Positions 31,570-40,298 of a stretch of DNA of 62,323 nt are shown here, one piece after another. The stretch lies in IMG/VR virus record IMGVR_UViG_3300043442_000825, positions 1 through 62,323 of that record; one strand, given 5' to 3'. This stretch comes from a virus. Its lineage: Duplodnaviria > Caudoviricetes. Below the pieces are notes generated by a model. It had not been told where the DNA came from, made no database searches, and saw only the letters and a list, made by a program, of their open reading frames with translations. Both the position numbers and the translations under genes were made by a program. Numbering within the stretch: the stretch's first letter is position 1; each line of letters starts with the position of its first letter.

Positions 31570-32121
31570 ATGGCTCATAGACCAGTTGGGGCAGGTTCCT
31601 CATTTAGTTTTGTAGCAGGTGCTGCCACTACATCATCTGCTTTTTCTGTACAATCAAGTGTTCTGCGAGTTGTTGCCGTTGGTGCATCGGCACATGTTGC
31701 AGTAGGAGCAACTCCTACTGCAACAAATACTGATTATTATGTTGCACCCGGAGAATCTGTAACACTGGGTTTAACTAAAGCATCAAACAGAGTTGTTGGT
31801 GTTACAACAGGAACAACAACAATTGTCACTGTTCCAGAAGGAACTCAAGTTCCCTTTGGAGTTGGTGATTATGTTTCTTTAGTTTCTGCGGCTCAAACAT
31901 ATTATAATTTTACACATCAAGAAGTATTATCTGTTAACACTTCTTCTGGAATTGATGGATACTATCAAACAAGAATGACGGTTAATTATAATTCTTCTGG
32001 AATTGTAACAGCATTTTCTTCAAGAGATGCTTCCGTTACTCTTTCAAATAAAGTTTCCGCATATGGGTTAGGTTCAGGAATACTTCATTTCCAACAAGTA
32101 CAAATTTCAGGACAAGCATGA
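31570..32121 (+). CDS. Putative virion structural protein
   Basis: 183 aa, V/T/S/G-rich; has its own late promoter at 31540-31546. Confidence 0.65.
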   Translation: MAHRPVGAGSSFSFVAGAATTSSAFSVQSSVLRVVAVGASAHVAVGATPTATNTDYYVAPGESVTLGLTKASNRVVGVTTGTTTIVTVPEGTQVPFGVGDYVSLVSAAQTYYNFTHQEVLSVNTSSGIDGYYQTRMTVNYNSSGIVTAFSSRDASVTLSNKVSAYGLGSGILHFQQVQISGQA

Positions 32122-32771
32122 TGAAACTAATCAGAGAGGAGATCGAAAAGGTTGAAGTTCTTACCGAAAAGGTAGGCAATCAGACAAAACTTTATATTAA
32201 GGGTCCTTTTCTTCAAGCAGAATGCGTTAACCGTAATGGGCGCATGTATCCAATGCAAATTATGGAGCGTGAAGTAAAGCGTTACACTGAACAGTATGTT
32301 CAAAAAGGACGTGCTCTTGGAGAACTTGGGCACCCAGATGGTCCAACCGTAAACCTAGACAGAGTATCACATAAAATTGTGGATCTTTGCCGTGAAGGAA
32401 ATAACTTCATTGGTAAGGCACAAATTTTATCAACTCCAATGGGAAAAATTGCAGAATCTCTTCTTAAGGATGGAGTGACTCTTGGAGTTTCTTCTCGTGG
32501 TATTGGATCTTTAAGAGAAAATAACAAAGGATATAAAGAAGTTGGTGAAGACTTCATGCTTGCAACTGCTGCAGATATTGTAGCAGATCCTTCCGCACCA
32601 GATGCTTTTGTTCAAGGAATCATGGAAGGAAAGGAGTGGGTATGGGATGGTGGCATCTTAAGAGAAAAAATTGCAGAAAATACTAGACGTAAAATTAACA
32701 CTTTAGTTGACCAAAGACTTTTGGAAGACTATAAGTTGAGTTTATTCAATGAGTTCTTAAACTCATTGTAA
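32118..32771 (+). CDS. gp21: Prohead protease gp21
   Basis: NRNGRMYP, ALGELGHP, GVSSRGIGS and DIVADPSAPDAFV motifs. Confidence 0.96.
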   Translation: MMKLIREEIEKVEVLTEKVGNQTKLYIKGPFLQAECVNRNGRMYPMQIMEREVKRYTEQYVQKGRALGELGHPDGPTVNLDRVSHKIVDLCREGNNFIGKAQILSTPMGKIAESLLKDGVTLGVSSRGIGSLRENNKGYKEVGEDFMLATAADIVADPSAPDAFVQGIMEGKEWVWDGGILREKIAENTRRKINTLVDQRLLEDYKLSLFNEFLNSL

Positions 32772-32781
32772 TTTATTAATT

Positions 32782-32789
32782 TATAAATA
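32782..32789 (+). promoter_or_regulatory. Late promoter for gp22/gp23 (TATAAATA)
   Basis: Perfect consensus. Confidence 0.8.
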
Positions 32790-32825
32790 AATATAGATTT
32801 CATACAGGAAAATCGGAGAGTTCAA

Positions 32826-33953
32826 ATGTCTCGTGGTAAACAATTACAAGAAATGGAAGTAGGCACAAAGCAATCCAGGACTGCTGTTAATGCCGGTGCA
32901 AAACCAGCAGAAGCAATGCCAACGCTTTCAGGCAATATTCCACCTGGTCAAACTGGTGGTTGGGAAGATCTTGGTGGTCCTACTCCAGAGAATTATAAGT
33001 CTGATGATGATTCTGCAAAGCTTAAGACTCCAGGCGCAACTCTTAAGCAAGTTAAGGATGTTGTAAATCAAAATGCTAAACCAGCTGAAGCAATGAAAGA
33101 AGAAGAAGAACTCGATGATGAGGACCTGATTGAAGAAGAAGGTGAAGAAGAGATTGAAGGTGCATTAGAAGATGAAGATGCTGCTGAAGATGGTGGCGAA
33201 GAGGAAGAAGAGGAAGTAGTTGAAGAAGAGTTTGACATTGAAGAAGATGTCAATGCCCTAATCGAGGGTGAGGATCTTTCAGAAGAATTCAAAGAAAAGG
33301 CAAAAACCATCTTTGAAGCTGCAATTACTTCAAGAGTAAATCAAATTAAAGAAGAAATTGAAGCAGTCTACGAAGAAAGACTCGTAGAAGAAGTAAAAGA
33401 AATTGCAGAAGCTCTATCAGAGCGCGTAGATTCTTATCTTGAGTATGTTGCTGATGAGTGGTTCAATGAGAACTCACTTGCAGTTGAAAATGGTCTGAAG
33501 GAAGAGTTAACCGAATCCTTCATGACTGGTCTGAAAGGACTTTTTGAAGAACATTATGTATCAATCCCTGAAGATAAATATGATGTGCTTGAGAGCATGG
33601 TAGAAAAACTTGATGAAATGGAGACAAAACTCAACGAGCAGATTGAGAAGAATGTTTCCCTAAACAAGCGTCTCGCAGAGTCGGTTGCAAACGGAATCTT
33701 CGATGAGATTTCTGAGGGTCTTGCAGATACTCAGAAAGATAAGCTCGCTTCACTTGCCGAAAGTGTTGAGTTTGAAAGTGAAGAAGAATATCGTGAAAAA
33801 CTGGAGACTCTAAAGGAAGCATATTTTCCTTCAAGAACAGTATCTCCTTCAGCTAAAACTGAAACGCTCTCCGAGAGTGTAGATGTTGCACCAGAATATG
33901 TTTCTGATTCGATGTCTGCATACCTGAAGACTCTTTCAGCATTTAGCAAATAA
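32826..33953 (+). CDS. gp22: Prohead scaffold gp22
   Basis: Very acidic coiled coil; LSEEFKEKAKTIFEAA and VDSYLEYVADEW motifs. Confidence 0.93.
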   Translation: MSRGKQLQEMEVGTKQSRTAVNAGAKPAEAMPTLSGNIPPGQTGGWEDLGGPTPENYKSDDDSAKLKTPGATLKQVKDVVNQNAKPAEAMKEEEELDDEDLIEEEGEEEIEGALEDEDAAEDGGEEEEEEVVEEEFDIEEDVNALIEGEDLSEEFKEKAKTIFEAAITSRVNQIKEEIEAVYEERLVEEVKEIAEALSERVDSYLEYVADEWFNENSLAVENGLKEELTESFMTGLKGLFEEHYVSIPEDKYDVLESMVEKLDEMETKLNEQIEKNVSLNKRLAESVANGIFDEISEGLADTQKDKLASLAESVEFESEEEYREKLETLKEAYFPSRTVSPSAKTETLSESVDVAPEYVSDSMSAYLKTLSAFSK

Positions 33954-34010
33954 TTGAATTTAATATAATTCAAACCCAAAAAACAAACACTTAGTAAAAG
34001 GTAAAAGCAA

Positions 34011-35423
34011 ATGTTCCATTCCGAGCATCTGCAGGAAAAGTGGGCACCTCTCCTCAATTATGAGGGTCTGGATCAAATCAAAGATTCACATCGTAGAGCT
34101 GTAACCGCTGTCCTGCTCGAGAACCAAGAAAAATTCCTCAGAGAGGAGCAAGCATTTAATGTTGGAAATCTTTCCAACCTGATGGAAGGACCAACCAACT
34201 CAGTTGGAAACGGTGGATACACCGGTGCAGGTGGTCAAACCGTTGCTGGTTTCGATCCTGTTCTGATTTCACTCATCCGCCGTTCAATGCCTAACCTGGT
34301 CGCTTATGACCTGGCTGGCGTTCAACCAATGAGTGGTCCTACTGGACTCATCTTCGCAATGCGTTCGAAGTATAAGACGCAAGGCGGAGCTGAAACCTTC
34401 TATGATGAAGTTGATACCGCATTCTCCGGTCAGGATAGTGCATTCAACAACACTGCTGGATGGAGTGATGCTGGCGCTGGTATCGGTACAACCGTTCAGG
34501 CTGGCAGCAATCCTTCAGTTCTAAACCCTGTTGCTACCGCTACTTCGACCGCGTATAACGTTGGTCAAGGTATGAGAACCGACCTTGCAGAAAAGCTTGG
34601 TGACGGTACTGAGGGTGAGTTCAACGAAATGGCTTTCTCAATCGAGAAGGTCACTGTTACTGCTAAGAGCCGTGCTCTGAAAGCAGAATACAGCCTCGAG
34701 CTTGCACAAGACCTGAAAGCAATCCATGGTCTGAATGCTGAAGCGGAACTCGCAAACATTCTCTCAACTGAGATTCTTGCTGAGATCAACCGCGAAGTTA
34801 TCAGAACCATCTACAAGGTTGCTGAACAGGGCGCTGTACAAAACGTTGCAACTCCTGGCGTATTTGACCTTGATGTTGACTCCAACGGTCGTTGGTCAGT
34901 TGAGAAGTTCAAGGGTCTTCTGTTCCAGATTGAGAGAGATGCTAACGCTATTGCTCAAAGAACTCGTAGAGGAAAGGGCAACATCATCATGTGCTCTGCT
35001 GACGTTGCTTCAGCACTGACCATGGCGGGTGTTCTAGATTACACCCCTGCCCTCAACGCTAACCTCAACGTTGATGACACTGGTAACACCTTTGCTGGTG
35101 TTCTCCAAGGTAAGTATCGTGTTTATATCGATCCTTATGCTGCTAACCTGACTTCAGGTAATGCAACACCAGGTAACCAGTACTATGTTGTTGGTTATAA
35201 GGGTTCTTCACCTTATGATGCAGGTCTGTTCTATTGCCCATACGTTCCTCTCCAGATGGTACGTGCTGTTGGCGAGAACACCTTCCAGCCAAAAATTGGC
35301 TTTAAGACTCGTTATGGTATGGTTGCTAACCCATTTGCTGAGGGAACCACTGTTGGTGAAGGTCGTCTTCTTGTTAACGCTAACCGCTACTACAGAAGAG
35401 TTGCTGTTAAGAACCTCATGTGA
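34011..35423 (+). CDS. gp23: Major capsid protein gp23
   Basis: GVQPMSGPTGLIFAMRS, KSRALKAEYSLELAQDLKAIHG and FQPKIGFKTRYG motifs. Confidence 0.98.
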   Translation: MFHSEHLQEKWAPLLNYEGLDQIKDSHRRAVTAVLLENQEKFLREEQAFNVGNLSNLMEGPTNSVGNGGYTGAGGQTVAGFDPVLISLIRRSMPNLVAYDLAGVQPMSGPTGLIFAMRSKYKTQGGAETFYDEVDTAFSGQDSAFNNTAGWSDAGAGIGTTVQAGSNPSVLNPVATATSTAYNVGQGMRTDLAEKLGDGTEGEFNEMAFSIEKVTVTAKSRALKAEYSLELAQDLKAIHGLNAEAELANILSTEILAEINREVIRTIYKVAEQGAVQNVATPGVFDLDVDSNGRWSVEKFKGLLFQIERDANAIAQRTRRGKGNIIMCSADVASALTMAGVLDYTPALNANLNVDDTGNTFAGVLQGKYRVYIDPYAANLTSGNATPGNQYYVVGYKGSSPYDAGLFYCPYVPLQMVRAVGENTFQPKIGFKTRYGMVANPFAEGTTVGEGRLLVNANRYYRRVAVKNLM

Positions 35424-35444
35424 TTCATTTCACATAAAGTTCAC

Positions 35445-35471
35445 GGGGACCCCTCGAGGGTCCCTTTTTTT
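35445..35471 (+). terminator. Intrinsic terminator after gp23
   Basis: GGGACCC-ctcga-GGGTCCC followed by T7; a late promoter CTAAATA follows at 35474. Confidence 0.9.
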
Positions 35472-35502
35472 ATCTAAATAAAAATACGCACAATCTAATA
35501 CA

Positions 35503-36060
35503 ATGGCAGGAAGACCTTCTCAGATTGAAAATAGAAATTTTCTTTCACCAACTGGATTTAAGTTTGTTTTAAAAAGAAGCCCAAAAGTTGCTTTCTTTTG
35601 CAATCAAGCTAATGTTCCAGATATCACATTAGATTTGGCGTCACAACCAACAATGCTTGGTAGAAATATTCCCCAACCAGGAAATAAACTTGAATTTGGT
35701 GATTTATCTCTACGTTTTTTAGTTGATGAAAACCTTGAAAATTATATGGAGATTCAAAATTGGATGAGGGGATTAGGATATCCAGAGGAAGTTAAACAAT
35801 TTAGAGACCTAAGTAATGAAGGTATAATACAGGGTAATTATGTTAATGATCGACAAAACATATACTCTGATGGAACCTTACAAATTTTAAACAGCAATCT
35901 TGTTGCAAAATTTCAAGTCTTTTTTAAAGACTTATTTCCATATTCACTATCAACCATAACGTTTGATGCAACAAACACTGATATTGAATACTTTACAGCA
36001 GATGTAACTTTCAAGTATACTGTTTATACTATGACAGATTTAGGTGGAAATCCCTTATGA
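35503..36060 (+). CDS. gp3: Tail completion protein gp3
   Basis: NFLSPTGFKF and FLVDENLENYMEIQNW motifs; synteny. Confidence 0.88.
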   Translation: MAGRPSQIENRNFLSPTGFKFVLKRSPKVAFFCNQANVPDITLDLASQPTMLGRNIPQPGNKLEFGDLSLRFLVDENLENYMEIQNWMRGLGYPEEVKQFRDLSNEGIIQGNYVNDRQNIYSDGTLQILNSNLVAKFQVFFKDLFPYSLSTITFDATNTDIEYFTADVTFKYTVYTMTDLGGNPL

Positions 36061-36494
36061 GTATTGATCTTGATAAAATTCAAGAAATGTGGGAAAAAGA
36101 TTCGAAGATAGATGCGGATAATTTACATACAGAATCTTTAAATATTCCAGTTCTTCATGCAAAATATTTTGACTTATACAATACAATATTTCTTTTAAGA
36201 AAAAAGGCAGAACAACAAAAAAGAAATATTCGTCACGAAAGATATGAATATTATTCAGGAAAGGCAGATCCAGATGTTTATGTGGAAAATCCATTCCCCA
36301 AGAAAATTAGAGATAAAGATACAATGCAAAAGTATCTTGACGCAGATGAAAAACTTTCTACAGTATGTTTAAAGATTGATTATTACGATACTATGCTTGT
36401 TTATATTGAAAGTATCCTAAAGATGATTCAAAACAGAACATATCAAATTAAAAATGCAATTGAATTCATGAGATTTAACGCTGGACTCGGGTGA
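36057..36494 (+). CDS. uvsY: Recombination mediator UvsY
   Basis: LHAKY...YYSGKA...YLDAD...RTYQIKNAIEF motifs. Confidence 0.9.
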   Translation: MSIDLDKIQEMWEKDSKIDADNLHTESLNIPVLHAKYFDLYNTIFLLRKKAEQQKRNIRHERYEYYSGKADPDVYVENPFPKKIRDKDTMQKYLDADEKLSTVCLKIDYYDTMLVYIESILKMIQNRTYQIKNAIEFMRFNAGLG

Positions 36495-36522
36495 ATAAAT
36501 ATTCACAGATGCATGAGACATC

Positions 36523-38001
36523 GTGAATACAACAGACCTTGTTATATCTAAATCAAACGAAGTATTTTTAAAAATCAATACAGAACCTCATATTGAATAT
36601 GAACTTAGAGATCATTTCAAATTTGAAGTTCCAAATGCAAAGTTCATGCCACAATACCGTGGAAGAAATTGGAACGGAGAAATTCACTTATTCGATATGA
36701 GGTCAAAGCAGATCTATGTTGGTCTGCTGGATAAGATTGTAAATTTTTGTAAGCAATACGGATACACTTATAAATTTGAAGACAATAAGTTCTATGGCAC
36801 TCCATATGAAGAGAATGAACAAATCTCATATGAAGGTGTTAAGGATTATATGCATTCCATTTGTGCCCATACTCCCAGGAAGTATCAAATTGAGGGAGTA
36901 TATGGTGCCCTAAAGCATAATAGAAAACTATTGATAAGCCCCACTGCGAGCGGCAAATCATTGATGATTTATTCTCTCGTAAGATATTATGTGAATAAAG
37001 GCGAAAAAATTCTTTTAGTTGTTCCAACGACATCTCTTGTAGAACAGATGTACAAGGATTTCCTTGATTATGGTTGGGATGCTGAGACATATTGCCATCG
37101 TATCTATTCTGGTAGAGAAAAAACTAATGAGTTTCCAGTTACGATTACAACTTGGCAATCTGTATATAAACTCGAGCGTTCTTTCTTCGAAGATTATGGA
37201 GTAATTATAGGAGATGAAGCACATTTATTCAAGTCCAAATCTCTCATAGAGATTATGACTAAGCTTCATCATGCAAAGTATCGTTTTGGTTTTACTGGAA
37301 CTTTAGATGGAACTCAAACCCATAAGTGGGTTTTGGAAGGATTATTTGGACCATCATATAAAGTTACAAGAACTGATGAGTTAATGAAACAAGGTCATCT
37401 TTCTCAACTTGATATTCAATGTATTGTCCTCAAACATTCACCACAAAAATTTGAAACTTATGAAGATGAAATACAATACTTAATATCTCACGAGCAAAGA
37501 AATAAATTTATTACAAATCTTGCTTTAGATTTAAGAGGAAATACTCTTGTTCTATTCAGCAGAGTAGAAACTCATGGAGCTATCTTATATGAAAAGATAA
37601 ATAGTCAAAAGCGAGATGAACGTAAAGTATTCTTTGTTCATGGTGGAGTGGATGCTGAAGAAAGAGAATTAGTTAGAGAGATTACTGAAAGAGAAAATAA
37701 CGCAATTATTGTTGCTTCTTATGGAACTTTTTCTACAGGTATCAATATTAAAAATCTCCATAACGTTATCTTCTCCTCACCTAGTAAGTCCAGAATACGC
37801 AATCTTCAAAGTATTGGACGAGTTCTTAGAAAAGGAAAAGATAAAGTAAAAGCAACACTTTATGATATCTCCGATGATTGTACTCACAACTCAAGAAAAA
37901 ATTATACTTTAAATCACTTTATAGAAAGAATTAAAATCTATAATGAAGAAAAGTTCAATTATGAAATAGTCACAATACAACTAAAGAAAAATGGGAATTG
38001 A
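36523..38001 (+). CDS. uvsW: SF2 helicase UvsW
   Basis: SPTASGKS, DEAH, TGT and QSIGRVLR motifs. Confidence 0.95.
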   Translation: MNTTDLVISKSNEVFLKINTEPHIEYELRDHFKFEVPNAKFMPQYRGRNWNGEIHLFDMRSKQIYVGLLDKIVNFCKQYGYTYKFEDNKFYGTPYEENEQISYEGVKDYMHSICAHTPRKYQIEGVYGALKHNRKLLISPTASGKSLMIYSLVRYYVNKGEKILLVVPTTSLVEQMYKDFLDYGWDAETYCHRIYSGREKTNEFPVTITTWQSVYKLERSFFEDYGVIIGDEAHLFKSKSLIEIMTKLHHAKYRFGFTGTLDGTQTHKWVLEGLFGPSYKVTRTDELMKQGHLSQLDIQCIVLKHSPQKFETYEDEIQYLISHEQRNKFITNLALDLRGNTLVLFSRVETHGAILYEKINSQKRDERKVFFVHGGVDAEERELVREITERENNAIIVASYGTFSTGINIKNLHNVIFSSPSKSRIRNLQSIGRVLRKGKDKVKATLYDISDDCTHNSRKNYTLNHFIERIKIYNEEKFNYEIVTIQLKKNGN

Positions 38002-38386
38002 AGAAGACTTTTATGCAACAGTAAAATTGAAAACAGGTGAAGAAATCTTTGCAAAGGTAGCAGCCTCTGAAGAAGAAGATAGAACCATGTTAATAGTTTC
38101 AAATCCAATTATTGTTAATGAAGTAAAAAGTAGAAGTGGTATTATTGGATATAAACTAGAACCATGGTTAAAAACAACAACAGAAGATATGTTTATCCTT
38201 AATCTTGAAGATGTACTCACTCTTTCAGAGTCTTCAGATATTGAAATGATAATGATGTATCAATCTTTTATTCGTCAATCAAACAAAGAGCAAGGTAACC
38301 AATCAAAAATAAACCGCAGAATGGGTTATCTTGCTAATGTTAATGATGCCAAAGAGATCTTAGAGAAACTCTATAAAAATAGCTAA
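37991..38386 (+). CDS. Conserved hypothetical protein (Sm-like fold suspected)
   Basis: VKLKTGEEIFAKV...PW motif; lies between uvsW and gp55. Confidence 0.75.
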   Translation: MGIEEDFYATVKLKTGEEIFAKVAASEEEDRTMLIVSNPIIVNEVKSRSGIIGYKLEPWLKTTTEDMFILNLEDVLTLSESSDIEMIMMYQSFIRQSNKEQGNQSKINRRMGYLANVNDAKEILEKLYKNS

Positions 38387-38415
38387 AGATAATCTTTTCA
38401 ACCTCCACAAAGGTA

Positions 38416-38444
38416 ATTGTACAAGGTTTTGAATACCTTGTCAA
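38416..38444 (-). promoter_or_regulatory. Antisense sigma70-type promoter
   Basis: Minus strand reads TTGACA-N17-TACAAT. Confidence 0.6.
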
Positions 38445-38466
38445 CTAGTTAAGTTTATGTTATTAT
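38438..38466 (+). promoter_or_regulatory. Sigma70-type promoter for gp55
   Basis: TTGTCA-N17-TATTAT with an extended TGn. Confidence 0.7.
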
Positions 38467-38491
38467 ACCTACATAATAATGATAAAAACTT

Positions 38492-38986
38492 ATGATAACC
38501 ACAGCAGTCATGACCAAAAGAAAAAGGTCAGAGCATTACGTAAATAATAAAGAGTTTCTTGCCGCTCTCATTAAGTACCGTGAAGATAAAGAAATTGCCC
38601 TCATTCAAGGAAAACCAAAACCTCCTATTCCTCGCTACATTGGAGAGTGTTTTCTGAAGATTGCAAATCATCTTTCCTTCAAACCAAACTTCGTGAACTA
38701 TATGTTCAAGGAAGATATGATTTCTGACGGTATTGAAAACTGCGTTCAGTACATTCACAACTTCAATCCAGAGAAGTCGCAAAACCCTTTTGCGTACTTC
38801 ACGCAAATTATTCATTATGCGTTCCTTCGTCGTATTCAAAGAGAAAAGCGTCAGTTAGAAATCAAAAACAAAATTTTAGAACGTTCTGGTTATTCTGAAG
38901 TATTTGATGACAATAGCATTGACGGATCTAACTACAGCGACTATAATTCTATTAAGGATGCCGTCCACTCCAAACTTCGTTATTGA
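38492..38986 (+). CDS. gp55: Late-transcription sigma factor gp55
   Basis: HYVNNKEF, PNFVNY...DMISDG and NPFAYFTQI motifs. Confidence 0.95.
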   Translation: MITTAVMTKRKRSEHYVNNKEFLAALIKYREDKEIALIQGKPKPPIPRYIGECFLKIANHLSFKPNFVNYMFKEDMISDGIENCVQYIHNFNPEKSQNPFAYFTQIIHYAFLRRIQREKRQLEIKNKILERSGYSEVFDDNSIDGSNYSDYNSIKDAVHSKLRY

Positions 38987-40021
38987 ATGAAAGTAGCTCT
39001 AATCAACGATACCCACTATGGGGCAAGGAAAGGTTCAAAACTTTTTCATGATTATTTTGAACTTTTTTATAAGAATGTATTTTTTCCGACGCTGGAACAG
39101 TACGGGATCAATACAATCATTCATATGGGCGATGCTTTTGATAGTCGCAAATCAATTGATTATCAAAGTTTAGAGTGGGCAAAAAGAGTTGTGTTTGAAC
39201 CTCTTAAAAACTATGAGGTTCATATGATTGTTGGTAATCATGATAGTTATTATAAGAATACAAACAATACAAATTCCCCTCAACTTCTGTTAAAGGATTA
39301 TCCAAACATTCGGACATATTCTTCTCCTACGGAAATCAAAGTTGGAAATCTTGATGTTCTTCTTCTTCCATGGATCTGTATGGAAAATGAAGAGAAGTCA
39401 CTTAAGATGATTAAAAAAACCAAGGCAAAAGTTGCGATGGGTCATCTTGAGTTTCAAGGTTTTCGTGTAAACCGTCAAATTGTTATGGAACATGGACTGG
39501 AAGCAAATCTTTTTACAAACTTCAAAAAGGTATTTTCTGGTCATTACCACACTCGTTCTGATAATGGAACTGTATTCTACACGGGAAATCCTTATGAGAT
39601 TTATTGGACGGATGTAAATGATACTCGCGGTTTCACTATTTTTGATACTGAAACATTAGAGCATACTTATATCAATAATCCTTATAAAATGTTTTACAAC
39701 ATTTACTATGAGGATACAAATTATCAAACATTTGATACGAGAGAGTATGAGAACAAGATTGTAAAGGTTGTTGTTCGTAAAAAGACAGATACTAAAAAGT
39801 TTGAGAAGTTTCTTGATAAACTCTATGCTTCTAACATCGCAGAACTTAAGGTTATTGAAAATTTTGATATTCAGGAACCTGTAGAGTTTGAAGCATTTGA
39901 AAGTGAAGATACTATTTCTATCTTGAATAGATATATTCAGGAGGCAGAAATTAGTCTTGATAAATCAATCATTCAAAAAATGATGCAAGAAATTTATCAG
40001 GAAGCATGTGAATTAGTTTAA
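38987..40021 (+). CDS. gp47: Recombination endonuclease gp47 (Mre11/SbcD-like)
   Basis: DTHYG, GDAFD, GNHD and SGHYH metallophosphoesterase motifs. Confidence 0.95.
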   Translation: MKVALINDTHYGARKGSKLFHDYFELFYKNVFFPTLEQYGINTIIHMGDAFDSRKSIDYQSLEWAKRVVFEPLKNYEVHMIVGNHDSYYKNTNNTNSPQLLLKDYPNIRTYSSPTEIKVGNLDVLLLPWICMENEEKSLKMIKKTKAKVAMGHLEFQGFRVNRQIVMEHGLEANLFTNFKKVFSGHYHTRSDNGTVFYTGNPYEIYWTDVNDTRGFTIFDTETLEHTYINNPYKMFYNIYYEDTNYQTFDTREYENKIVKVVVRKKTDTKKFEKFLDKLYASNIAELKVIENFDIQEPVEFEAFESEDTISILNRYIQEAEISLDKSIIQKMMQEIYQEACELV

Positions 40022-40022
40022 T

Positions 40023-40298
40023 ATGTTTATTCTAACAATCAATGGTAGAGAAAAGGAAGGTGCATATTCTGTAAGAGACGATGAAGGGGAGCATATCTTG
40101 TATCTTTTTGAGGAAGAGGATGATGCTGTTCGGTATGCTATGATGTTAGAAGAAGACGGATATCCTGAAATGCATGTGATTGAAATTGAAGATGAAGTAA
40201 TGATAAAAACCTGTGAAGTTCATGGGTATCAATATACTCTTATTACACCTGATGACATTGTAATTCCTCCAAATACTTCTGGTCATGATTTTATTTAA
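40023..40298 (+). CDS. Acidic hypothetical protein
   Basis: 91-aa ORF filling the gp47-gp46 gap. Confidence 0.8.
   Translation: MFILTINGREKEGAYSVRDDEGEHILYLFEEEDDAVRYAMMLEEDGYPEMHVIEIEDEVMIKTCEVHGYQYTLITPDDIVIPPNTSGHDFI

Noticed and set aside
33090-33250. GAA-rich tract as a DNA repeat element
   Set aside because: It encodes the normal poly-Glu region of scaffold gp22.
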